This document shows positions 29,119 through 37,941 of a stretch of DNA of 64,000 nt, piece by piece (position 1 is the first letter of the stretch; the number at the start of each line of letters is the position of its first letter). This stretch comes from Candidatus Eremiobacteria bacterium. GTDB lineage: Bacteria; Vulcanimicrobiota; Vulcanimicrobiia; Vulcanimicrobiales; Vulcanimicrobiaceae. Position numbers and translations under genes: made by a program. Where the stretch lies: NCBI GenBank assembly GCA_963758295.1, contig CAVWUU010000001.1, forward strand, positions 384,001-448,000. The letters run 5' to 3'. Below the pieces are notes generated by a model, which worked only from the letters and a program-made list of their open reading frames with translations, was not told where the DNA came from and did not search any database.

Positions 29119-29745
29119 TCATAACCCCGCGGCGCGCACGCGGGTTTCTTTATGCTCTTGCAAGACGGCAACGACGCGCTCAAGCCGCATTCCGCCCTTG
29201 GCGGACGTTCCGTCCAGCGTGTAATAATAGCCTTCCAACAGGTCGGCTTCGCGCAGTTCCAACACGCAAAAGCCCATGTGGTGCTTTGCGGTTGGGTCCA
29301 GGATCTCGGGCTGCGTTTCGTACTCGTATCGCAGCTCTTGATCTTCGATGCGTACGCCGGCGAGTTTGGAGCGCGTTACGCCATGCGCGGTTTTGCCGCG
29401 AACTTCGATGCCGGACCAAGTTTGCCGGATGCGCACGTCCACCGGAATCTCGCGCTGCTCCTGAGTTGCAGAGACGGCAAAGATCGTGCCGCTCCAAGAA
29501 CCGGAGAAATCGGGAATGGGACTGAAGCGGAAGCCGAGGACATTCGTCCGCCAAAGCCACCGATCGTAAGCGACGTTCGTGACTCCGAACCAGACCGCGA
29601 ACGAGGGAGCCGCGAGCCACCACGGCATCTCGAACGGAAGCACGTGTTCGGCCTGACGCGCAAGGTATGCGAGAATGACGGAAACTATGGCGAGCATGAT
29701 ATAAACGCCGCTGCGGCCTTGACCGTCGATCGAGTATTGCTCCAC
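29119..29745 (-). CDS. Cap15-like 2TM + beta-barrel (SMODS-associated S-2TM-beta) effector
   Basis: YSID start, two TM helices with PWWLAAPS, YDRWLWR, IPDFSGSWSG, IRQTWSGI, LRYEYETQP, HMG, LEGYYYT; start GTG 29745 inferred. Confidence 0.8.
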   Translation of the reverse strand: MEQYSIDGQGRSGVYIMLAIVSVILAYLARQAEHVLPFEMPWWLAAPSFAVWFGVTNVAYDRWLWRTNVLGFRFSPIPDFSGSWSGTIFAVSATQEQREIPVDVRIRQTWSGIEVRGKTAHGVTRSKLAGVRIEDQELRYEYETQPEILDPTAKHHMGFCVLELREADLLEGYYYTLDGTSAKGGMRLERVVAVLQEHKETRVRAAGL

Positions 29746-29848
29746 GCGTAGCGATGTTCCGCGCATAGCCCCGGGCGCGCCTTTCGGATAGCAAGCAGGC
29801 GCCAAGGGATCTTTGTAACTCTGCCGTTGAGTCGAGGTATCGCACGCC

Positions 29849-30418
29849 ATGGACGCCGCTTCCCAATACGCCCTCGCCTATGCGCTCACCACAAGCGCGG
29901 GCGTTCGGGCATTGGTGCCGCTCGTGGCGCTTTCGCTCGCGGCGCACTTCGGCTACCTGCATCCGCCTCAGCCGTTTGAGTGGCTAGGATCGACCGCCGT
30001 TACGATCGCCCTAGCCGCCGTCGCGATCGCGGAGCTCTTGGCCGACAAAATTCCACTCCTCGATCACTCGCTCCATTTCGTCCAGATTGCAACGAAGCCG
30101 GCGTCGGCCGCCATTCTCGTAGCCGGCGTTGCACATCCGCAAAGTCACCAGGTGCTTGTCGGTTTGATGATTCTCGGCGCACTGAATGCGCTCGGAATTC
30201 ATGCGTTGACGTCTTCGATTCGCCTCGGTTCAACCGCAATGACCGCCGGTATCGCGAATCCGTTTCTTAGCACCGGTGAAGACGTCGCATCTATCGGAAC
30301 GACAATCTTGGCTTTCGTCGCGCCTTTTTTGGCTGCCGCAATAGCGCTCGTGCTGGCGGTAATCGTCATTCGTTTGCTGCGTAAAACGTATCGCCGCGCT
30401 CGTGTCGGTGCGCGTTGA
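29849..30418 (+). CDS. DUF4126-family membrane protein
   Basis: SAGVRALVPL, ELLADKIPLLD, TAGIANPFLSTGED. Confidence 0.85.
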   Translation: MDAASQYALAYALTTSAGVRALVPLVALSLAAHFGYLHPPQPFEWLGSTAVTIALAAVAIAELLADKIPLLDHSLHFVQIATKPASAAILVAGVAHPQSHQVLVGLMILGALNALGIHALTSSIRLGSTAMTAGIANPFLSTGEDVASIGTTILAFVAPFLAAAIALVLAVIVIRLLRKTYRRARVGAR

Positions 30419-30528
30419 AACGGCAGGCCGCTTACTCGGCCGCCCCCTGGATTTACAGGAGTGCGCTGGAAGAAAATCTCGCTAGAATGGGTTGAGTTGC
30501 AGCAAACCAGCCAGCGGAGCCGTTCACG

Positions 30529-31917
30529 ATGAAGTTTTTACCCATTGTGATGACCGCGCTACTCTCAATATTGCTTTCCAGTTGTAGCCACTCGTCATCA
30601 ACCCCCGGACCTCTCCCCGCAACCGAAGACCAGCCCATGACGATCGACGCGCAGCAGCCTCTAAGTAGTAGGCTGAGCGCTGATGCCGTTACCAGCACGG
30701 CCGCGCGAATCGGCATAGCTCATATTTTCGACAACGGAATTACGACAACGCAGATCGCCGCCTATCCGAACCGCTATGACGTGGTTTGGGGATCGTTCAA
30801 CCCCGGCCCGTGGCGCGCCGCGAATCCGAGCGCGCTCGTGTCGCTCTATTACATCCTGGAAGAAGACAACGTCTCGTATTCCAAGCACACGCTAGCGTGG
30901 TGGCAGGCAAACCATCCCGACTGGATTCTCTATTCGTGCAGTGCGAGCGGGACCCCGTCGAAAGAAGTCGCGTACACGCCCGGCGTTGGCTTTGCCGACA
31001 TTCCGCTGGACATTCACAATCCGAGCGTCGTGGCGTACCAGCAAAAGACGAGCCTGATCCCGTACGTGCTCGCGCATGGTTATAACGCGATTGCGCTCGA
31101 TGAAGTCGTTCTTTCCAATATCATGCTCGGCGGTAATCCGCGGCTGGGCCAAAGCGTCATCTCCGGCTATTACGGCTGCGGCATTTGGCAAGGCACGAAG
31201 TTCGTCCGCCGCTACGCAAGCAAGACGGACCCCGCATGGACCGCCGACGTCGTCAATTGGGTGAAAACGCTTCATACGACGCTGAAGAGCGATGTGACGA
31301 TTGCGCCGCACCATTTGGCGCTTATCATCAATCACCCGGCTAACGGCGTGAACGCAAGCGAGGAAACGCTGCTCGCCAACACGGACGTGGATCTGAACGA
31401 GACCGGTTACTCCGATTACGGTTACTACACGCTAGCGAACCGGGCAAATTATTTCGGAATGACCGTCGCTTGGACCAACTACGCGCAAGCTCACGGTGTA
31501 CGGGTGATCACGACCGACAAGTTCACGACGACGGCGTCGATATCAACCTCGCAGCTCGACTTCGCGCTGGCGACCTATCTAATGTCCAACCAGGGCCTGT
31601 CGGATCTCGTCGTAGCCGGCAAAACCTACAGCGTGCAGCCGTACTACTCGCAGTTTGCGACGAGTCTCGGCACGGCATGCGCGCCGATGTACGGCGGCGC
31701 AAACTACGATAAAACGAACCCGCAGATTTACTATCGCCGGTTCAGCAACGGCATTGCGGTGGTGAACTCCGGATCTTTGCCTCGTACCAGCGAAGTCGCG
31801 CATCTGCCGACGAATCACGTCTATAAAGACGTTCTGGGCCGCGTCGTGTCCAACACTATGTCGGTTGCATCGAGCGATGCCTTTACCATGAAGACAACCG
31901 GCTCGGGATGCATTTAG
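30529..31917 (+). CDS. Lipoprotein, putative glycoside hydrolase (GHL15-like TIM barrel)
   Basis: Lipobox LSSC; HPDWIL, LDIHNPSV, GYNAIALD, YYRRFSNGIAVVN. Confidence 0.65.
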   Translation: MKFLPIVMTALLSILLSSCSHSSSTPGPLPATEDQPMTIDAQQPLSSRLSADAVTSTAARIGIAHIFDNGITTTQIAAYPNRYDVVWGSFNPGPWRAANPSALVSLYYILEEDNVSYSKHTLAWWQANHPDWILYSCSASGTPSKEVAYTPGVGFADIPLDIHNPSVVAYQQKTSLIPYVLAHGYNAIALDEVVLSNIMLGGNPRLGQSVISGYYGCGIWQGTKFVRRYASKTDPAWTADVVNWVKTLHTTLKSDVTIAPHHLALIINHPANGVNASEETLLANTDVDLNETGYSDYGYYTLANRANYFGMTVAWTNYAQAHGVRVITTDKFTTTASISTSQLDFALATYLMSNQGLSDLVVAGKTYSVQPYYSQFATSLGTACAPMYGGANYDKTNPQIYYRRFSNGIAVVNSGSLPRTSEVAHLPTNHVYKDVLGRVVSNTMSVASSDAFTMKTTGSGCI

Positions 31918-32098
31918 CGCAATCCTAAACAAGCGTGCGCGCCGCCATATCAACGAGCGTTGATGAGGCGGCCCGCATTGCCTAGGTCTTTAGGCTATTT
32001 CCGTAGTGCCAATGCCCGCGCTTATTGCACCGGTTGATTCAATCATCGAAATGCCGCACGTCAAAGCAACATCTTCCTTTTCTTGGAGGAGGCACTTC

Positions 32099-33166
32099 GT
32101 GCGTTCATCTCAGTTTCGACGTAATGTTCTTACCGTTGTTTCGGTTTTTTTGTTGAGTTCCGCGCTTTCGGCCTGCGGTGGCGGCGGCGCTTCCAATTCC
32201 GGTACGCTTCCGACCACCGAGCAGCCGCAGAGTGTGGGCAATGATTCCGTAGTAACGCCGAGCGCCATTACGGCGACCGGCTCGACAATCCACGTCACCA
32301 GCGCGGACAAGCTGGCAGTCAAAACCGCAAAGGCCGGCAAGGCGCACGACTATGCGCCGCTTGCGGGAAGCAACAAGCTTCGTCCGCAGTCCATCGTGTA
32401 TCCGGGAGATCTTCAGTATTACGGCGGGAAGGTTCTTACTACCGCCAGAGTGTTTAACGCGTTCATCAACAGCACGCCCGGTGCATTCGGCGATCCGAAA
32501 GGTTTTGAGGAACACTTCAGCTACAGCAACATGATCCACATCATGGATCAATACGTCGGCGTGACGACGAACAACCGGTACGATTGGGCGGGCGACGTGG
32601 GCGTTTCCTACAGCACTATCACGACGCTCGGCGACAACGATTTACTTTCGATCGTGCATGCCGTGGCCAAAGCCGAGGGCGGCGCCGGCTACCATCGCAT
32701 TTTCCATATCTTTTTGCCGAAGGGCGAGAATTATTGCAGCACGGGTACAATTCTGCCGCTTGGCGCCTGCAACGCCTCGGTCACGAGTCCTAATCCGGCA
32801 TTCTGCGCGTTCCACGACTCGGTCGTTTTCAGCGATCTCGGCGAGACGATCTTTACGTTCGAGCCATATCAAGATTTGAACTTCTGCAATGTCAACAGTG
32901 GCGGAAATCCCAGCGCTCCCACGCCGAACGGCATCCAGAACGACAGTACGTATTCGACGCTATCGCATGAGACATCCGAGGCGATAACCGATCCGGATCC
33001 TTTTATTCCGGGCCTTGCCTGGTACGACAACAATGTCGGAGTCAACGGCGAGATCGGCGATCTTTGCGCCTATCTCTCGGCAACGACAAATCTAGACGGC
33101 AAGCTTTACAAGATCCAACGCGAGTACTCTAACCACGTGCACGGGTGCGACAACGCTTATCCGTAG
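32099..33166 (+). CDS. Lipoprotein with Phi-1/EXORDIUM-like zincin-type domain
   Basis: GGAGG RBS, lipobox LSAC; YYGGKVL, FCAFH, SHETSEAITDP, WYD, GEIGDLC. Confidence 0.65.
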   Translation: MRSSQFRRNVLTVVSVFLLSSALSACGGGGASNSGTLPTTEQPQSVGNDSVVTPSAITATGSTIHVTSADKLAVKTAKAGKAHDYAPLAGSNKLRPQSIVYPGDLQYYGGKVLTTARVFNAFINSTPGAFGDPKGFEEHFSYSNMIHIMDQYVGVTTNNRYDWAGDVGVSYSTITTLGDNDLLSIVHAVAKAEGGAGYHRIFHIFLPKGENYCSTGTILPLGACNASVTSPNPAFCAFHDSVVFSDLGETIFTFEPYQDLNFCNVNSGGNPSAPTPNGIQNDSTYSTLSHETSEAITDPDPFIPGLAWYDNNVGVNGEIGDLCAYLSATTNLDGKLYKIQREYSNHVHGCDNAYP

Positions 33167-33243
33167 GACACGACGGGCGAAATAGCAAAGCGCCGCCGCC
33201 GGCATTAGCTTGCGTCGGCGCTCCTTTTAAGACTCTTGCCTTG

Positions 33244-33909
33244 CTATCGCGCTTCGACGGGCATCGGGTCGATACGGAAAAGCTCGACGAAACGCTGCAG
33301 GAGTTTGGCATTCCCGCTAACCCGTACGCTACCGTTCGCAACCGCAGCTTTCGGCGTAATTTCGGCGGCCATCAGCGCTTTGAGTGCCGTCCCCGCTTCA
33401 ACCGTTAAATCGGCGCCGGGCAATTCGCCTTCACCCGCTTGCAGTTCGCCATCGTCGATTCGCGCGTGGAGAATCGTCGCGCCGAAACGCAGTTCGAACC
33501 CGGCGTGCAACCCGCGTGCGGCCTCGCGCCGGAACGTCGAACGCAGCGCCATGACGAGGGAATCCGGCGTAGCGATTTCCTCGGGCCTCGGTTCCCCAAG
33601 CGACTTCGCGCCCCAGCGTCCCAAATACACGACCGGCTCTTCCAGTTCGGCGCCGTATTGGGTCAACTCGTAGACGATAGAGGTGGCCGGGCGGGGCAGA
33701 ATGCGGCGGCGCACGATGCCTGCCTGTTCCAGCTCTTTCAGTCTTGCCGTGAGCACGTTGGTGGGAATTCCGCAGAGGCCCCGGTGAAGATCGGTGAAGC
33801 GTTTAGGGCCCACGAGCAGATCGCGCACGATCAGGAGTGACCACCGCTCTCCCACCAGCTCGAGAGCGCGCGATAATCCGCAAAACTGGCCATAGGCTCG
33901 CCTCGGCAT
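33244..33909 (-). CDS. HxlR-family winged-HTH regulator with C-terminal SCP2 domain
   Basis: YGQFCGLSRALELVGERWSLLIVRDLL.GPKRFTDL, YELT..G; V.NGSVRVSG. Confidence 0.9.
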   Translation of the reverse strand: MPRRAYGQFCGLSRALELVGERWSLLIVRDLLVGPKRFTDLHRGLCGIPTNVLTARLKELEQAGIVRRRILPRPATSIVYELTQYGAELEEPVVYLGRWGAKSLGEPRPEEIATPDSLVMALRSTFRREAARGLHAGFELRFGATILHARIDDGELQAGEGELPGADLTVEAGTALKALMAAEITPKAAVANGSVRVSGNAKLLQRFVELFRIDPMPVEAR

Positions 33910-33970
33910 GGTTATGTTATATCATGCTTTTCTGAACGCATGATGCTTGCTCAGAGAAAGTGACCGCGAA

Positions 33971-34246
33971 ATGTGCCGTAACATCCGCCCCTTGTTCAAT
34001 TTCGATCCGCCTGCGTCAAACGACGAGATACATTCGGCGTCCGTCCAGTTCGTGAGAAAGCTCTCCGGTTTCACAAAGCCTTCGCACGCCAACGAAGACG
34101 CGTTCGATCGCGCCGTAGAAGAAATTGCCGAAGCTGCGCGACGGCTAATCGATTCCCTCGTAACGTCCGCCGAGCCGCGCGACCGTGCCGAAGTTGCGGC
34201 ACGAGCAAAAGCTCGCTCCGCAGAACGCTTCGCAAAAACCAGTTGA
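33971..34246 (+). CDS. DUF2277-family protein
   Basis: MCRNIRPLFNFDPPA..EI..ASVQFVRKLSG. Confidence 0.88.
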   Translation: MCRNIRPLFNFDPPASNDEIHSASVQFVRKLSGFTKPSHANEDAFDRAVEEIAEAARRLIDSLVTSAEPRDRAEVAARAKARSAERFAKTS

Positions 34247-34285
34247 GCCTACGTACAACTTTAGCGGCGGTAAGGGAACCGTAAA

Positions 34286-34332
34286 ACCCCGGTAATCCGC
34301 CATACCCACTGACCGTGCGCTGCCTTTACGAT
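34286..34332 (+). promoter_or_regulatory. Candidate LAL-binding box plus -10; probably a leaderless transcript
   Basis: ACCCCGGTAATCCGCCATA (34286-34304), 22 nt, TACGAT (34327-34332); GTG start at 34339 with no SD. Confidence 0.6.
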
Positions 34333-34338
34333 GGGGGC

Positions 34339-35316
34339 GTGGAGAATCGTATCGCCGGGATTCCGTACGTTGAGATCCTGCGTGGGGCGGTCGTAGAGTC
34401 GGTTCACGACGTGGCGGCATATGCATTGGGTCGCAACGGGCAGCCGATTCTCGACGTCGGCGCAACGACGGTACCGGTTTACTTGCGATCGGCGGCCAAG
34501 CCGTTCATCGCGGCGGCCGCGGTGATGGCCGGAGTGTTGGAACGCTTCGGGATCACGCAGCGCGAGCTTGCGCTAATGACCGCCTCGCACGAGGCCGAGC
34601 CGTTTCACATCGAAGGCGTGCGCTCCATCCTGCGCAAGATCGGCTTGGACGAAAGCGCACTGCAGTGCGGCCCGGAGCCGCCGTTTACCGAGCCGATAAC
34701 CAATAATTGCTCCGGGAAGCACGCCGGCATTCTTGCACTGTGCCTGGCAATCGGCGCCGATCCGGCGACCTATCGCGACGCAGCGAATCCTGCTCAACAA
34801 CGGATCCTGCGATTTTGCGCTGCCCTGGCCGACCAGCCGTTCGACGCAATGGAAATCGGTATCGACGGATGCGGCATTCCGGTCTACGCGATTGCTTTGA
34901 AGAATGCTGCGCTCGCATACCGGCGGCTAGCTACGCTTGACGTTCCGGACCCGGCCGCCGCTGACGCGTTGCGGCAAGTTCGCGACGCTATGATCGCGTA
35001 TCCGGAGTATATGTCCGGAACCGGTGTATTTGATGCGGAGTTGATTCACGCCGCAGACGGCGCGCTCGTTTGTAAAGGCGGCGCAGAAGGCGTTCTCGGT
35101 GTAGCGTTGATAGAACGGGGCGAAGGGTTGGTGATCAAAGTGATCGACGGACACGAGCGGGCGCGGCCTCCTGCGGCTCTTCACGCACTGCGCTTTGTGG
35201 GTGCTCTCAACGAATCGCACCTGGCCCACTTAGAGACCTTTGCAAATCCGGTGTTACGAAATAAATCCGGAATGGTGGTCGGCAAAATTCGAGCGATCGA
35301 GAATTCCAACGCATGA
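34339..35316 (+). CDS. L-asparaginase II (Rhizobium etli-type, class 3)
   Basis: RGAVVESVH, RSAAKPF, ASH, NNCSGKHAG, IDGCGIP, KGGAEGV, KVIDG..RA. Confidence 0.9.
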   Translation: MENRIAGIPYVEILRGAVVESVHDVAAYALGRNGQPILDVGATTVPVYLRSAAKPFIAAAAVMAGVLERFGITQRELALMTASHEAEPFHIEGVRSILRKIGLDESALQCGPEPPFTEPITNNCSGKHAGILALCLAIGADPATYRDAANPAQQRILRFCAALADQPFDAMEIGIDGCGIPVYAIALKNAALAYRRLATLDVPDPAAADALRQVRDAMIAYPEYMSGTGVFDAELIHAADGALVCKGGAEGVLGVALIERGEGLVIKVIDGHERARPPAALHALRFVGALNESHLAHLETFANPVLRNKSGMVVGKIRAIENSNA

Positions 35317-37898
35317 AGTTCAAAGTTCTGCTTGCATGCGGGATGCTATTAGCCTGCGTGGCGTGTTCGCGCCCGGCTGCGCCATCCGGGTCGCTCTCCA
35401 TCGCGCAACAGTGGTCGCCGCGATCTTTGAACCCCGCGTTGGAAAACGGCACCTCGTCGATGGAATGGTCGATGCTGATCTTCTCGTACCTGGTAAAGTT
35501 TGACGATGAAGGGCGCCTGATTCCCGATTTGGCGACGGAGGTGCCGACGCTGCAAAACGGCGGCATCAGCGCCGACGGAAAAACGATTGTCTATCATATT
35601 CGCAAAGGCGTGCGCTTCGCGGACGGAACGCCGCTTACCGCGGCCGATTGCGCTTGGTCCATAGAGGCGATCAATAACCCGCGCAATCTCGTTCAAAGCC
35701 GCTTTGCTTATGACGACGTTGCGCGCGCCGAAGCACCCAACTCTTCGACGCTCGTCCTGCATTTGAAGCGCGCGTTTCCCCCGGTGATCGTCGTTGTCGG
35801 CGCCCCGCAAGGCTTTCCCATTTTGCCGAAGCACGTGCTGGAGAAGGAACCGGACTTCAATAACGTCGCGTTCAATCGGACGCCGTTCGGTTCAGGGCCG
35901 TATAAAGTCGTTCAATGGCTTCCCGGCGATCGCGTCGAGCTCAACGCCAATCCGTACTACTGGCACGGCGCTCCCGGCATTCCACATATTACGGTGCGTT
36001 TCGTTTCGAGCCCGCAGACCGCTATGAACATGCTTCGCACCCATGAGGTACAGAGCTACTTCGACGAGCAGGATTACGCGAACTATTCGCTCTTGAAAGC
36101 GATTCCCGGATATCACGTAACGAGTACTCAGCAAAACGCCGTTGGTGCGCTGATCTTTAACACGACCGACGCAATAACGGGTGACGCGCGAGTGCGACAC
36201 GCGTTGGCCGAGGCCATCGACATCCGAAGCGCCATCCAAAGAGTTTATCGCGGAGCCTTGCAGTCGCATGAAGCGGGCGCGGGTCTTTTCTTGTGGGCAT
36301 TCGATCCCAAAGCCTATCCCGATGTTCCGTACGATCCGGCCGGAGCCAGAAAACTGCTCCGCGACGCCGGGTGGCAGAGCGGCCCGGACGGCATCTTGCG
36401 CAAGAACGGAAAGCCGCTGGACGTGCTGTTGATTCTTCAGGCGGCAACTCCGGGCGACGCTTCGCTTGCGAGTCTCATCATGCAATACGAGCGCGCCGTC
36501 GGCGTGAGAGTAACGCTCAAGGAAATCAATATCACGCAATTCGTTGCACCGGCAAATGAGGGCGGTCCGGTTTACGGCGGCAAATTCCAAATAGCGCTCT
36601 ACTCCTTTCAAAACGGCGACGATCCGGATACGACAGACCAGTTTGCATGCGCGAACGTTCCGCCGGGCGGCTACAATAAGTCCAGATTCTGCGACCGAAA
36701 GGCCGACGCGCTGCTGGCACAAGGCCTATCGACGTACGATCCGGCCAAGCGCAAAGCGATTTATTCGCAGTTGCAGCGTGTGCTGTACGATCGCATGCCG
36801 ATTGCCCTGATTTACCGGCGCACGGAGCTCAATACGTTTCCAGACCGGCTCGAAGGACAAACCACGTCACTATCGGGGGCCTTCTGGAACGTGGCCGCGT
36901 GGCACTGGTGCGCGCCGAAGGTATGGCCGGCGCTTGGGCAGCCTTCCGCGGCGCAGACGTTGCACGGACCGGTTTTAGTGCTGCAGGGCGGCGGCAGCGA
37001 CATCGACGCGCAATTCCGCCGCATGCACGACATGCTTGCGCCGAATGCTTCGAAACCGGCACTCAACGTCGTCGTGCTAACCGCGCATACGGATCTCAAC
37101 GACTACACGTCTTATATCCAACCGCTCGGACCGTTTGCGTCGGTACAAACGATCGGCATTCCGTCGTGCGTCACACCCGATCAGTTGGATTCGCTCGTTC
37201 CGATTATCGACAAAGCGGACGCGGTATTCTTCGGCGGCGGCGACCAGGCTAATTACGTTTGGTGGAAAGGCTCAAAGTTTGCCGCTGCGTTGCAACGTTT
37301 GTGGATCCGGGACGGCGCTATCGGCGGTACGAGCGCCGGATTAGCGGTGCAGGGCCAGTATGTCTACGATTCGGTAGCGGCGGACCGCCTCCACGAGGAC
37401 GATCCCGACTATAACGTTACGACGGCCAATGCGGTGCGCAATCCATACGAGCCGGAGATCAGTTTCACAACGGGATTCCTCTCGTGGCCCCCGTTGCGCA
37501 ATACCATCACGGACACCCACTTTGCGCGGCGCGATCGGTTCGGACGCACCGTCGTCTTTTTGGCGCGGCTCGAGAGCGAAAACCACCTGCCTACCGGAAC
37601 GATCACCGCACTTGCCGTCGACGAACGCAGTTCCATCGTCGTGAATCGAGACGGCGCCGGAATCTTGCTGAAGCACGTAGGCGCCGGCTATCAATCGAAG
37701 GGCGTGTATCTCGTGCGCTTGCTTTCCGTGAAACGCCTCGAGCGCGGAAAACCGTTGCTCGCCACAGTCCAAGTTTTCCATATCGCAAACGCCGGGGCAA
37801 AAATAAACCTCAAAACGAAAGACGGTGACGGCGTACGATATACCGTGACCGTCGACGGGTCGAAAGCAAATCCTTATAGCCGCAACCCGTATCACTGA
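35313..37898 (+). CDS. Fusion of ABC peptide-binding lipoprotein (SBP family 5) and S51 cyanophycinase-like peptidase
   Basis: Lipobox; PDLATEVPT, RKGVRFADGTPLTA.D, GSGPYK, FWNVAAW end of SBP; then LQGGG, VFFGGGDQ, GGTSAG (Ser), DTHF (His), RDRFGR, VDE. Confidence 0.85.
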   Translation: MKFKVLLACGMLLACVACSRPAAPSGSLSIAQQWSPRSLNPALENGTSSMEWSMLIFSYLVKFDDEGRLIPDLATEVPTLQNGGISADGKTIVYHIRKGVRFADGTPLTAADCAWSIEAINNPRNLVQSRFAYDDVARAEAPNSSTLVLHLKRAFPPVIVVVGAPQGFPILPKHVLEKEPDFNNVAFNRTPFGSGPYKVVQWLPGDRVELNANPYYWHGAPGIPHITVRFVSSPQTAMNMLRTHEVQSYFDEQDYANYSLLKAIPGYHVTSTQQNAVGALIFNTTDAITGDARVRHALAEAIDIRSAIQRVYRGALQSHEAGAGLFLWAFDPKAYPDVPYDPAGARKLLRDAGWQSGPDGILRKNGKPLDVLLILQAATPGDASLASLIMQYERAVGVRVTLKEINITQFVAPANEGGPVYGGKFQIALYSFQNGDDPDTTDQFACANVPPGGYNKSRFCDRKADALLAQGLSTYDPAKRKAIYSQLQRVLYDRMPIALIYRRTELNTFPDRLEGQTTSLSGAFWNVAAWHWCAPKVWPALGQPSAAQTLHGPVLVLQGGGSDIDAQFRRMHDMLAPNASKPALNVVVLTAHTDLNDYTSYIQPLGPFASVQTIGIPSCVTPDQLDSLVPIIDKADAVFFGGGDQANYVWWKGSKFAAALQRLWIRDGAIGGTSAGLAVQGQYVYDSVAADRLHEDDPDYNVTTANAVRNPYEPEISFTTGFLSWPPLRNTITDTHFARRDRFGRTVVFLARLESENHLPTGTITALAVDERSSIVVNRDGAGILLKHVGAGYQSKGVYLVRLLSVKRLERGKPLLATVQVFHIANAGAKINLKTKDGDGVRYTVTVDGSKANPYSRNPYH

Positions 37899-37941
37899 GA
37901 GCCGCTTCGGGACAAGGGACGGCCCCGACCAGCGCGCAAGC

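Noticed and set aside
31931..31968. CCGCCATA half-match to the LAL box
   Set aside because: The left half does not match, there is no -10 at 22 nt, and it is part of a hairpin after the GH-like gene
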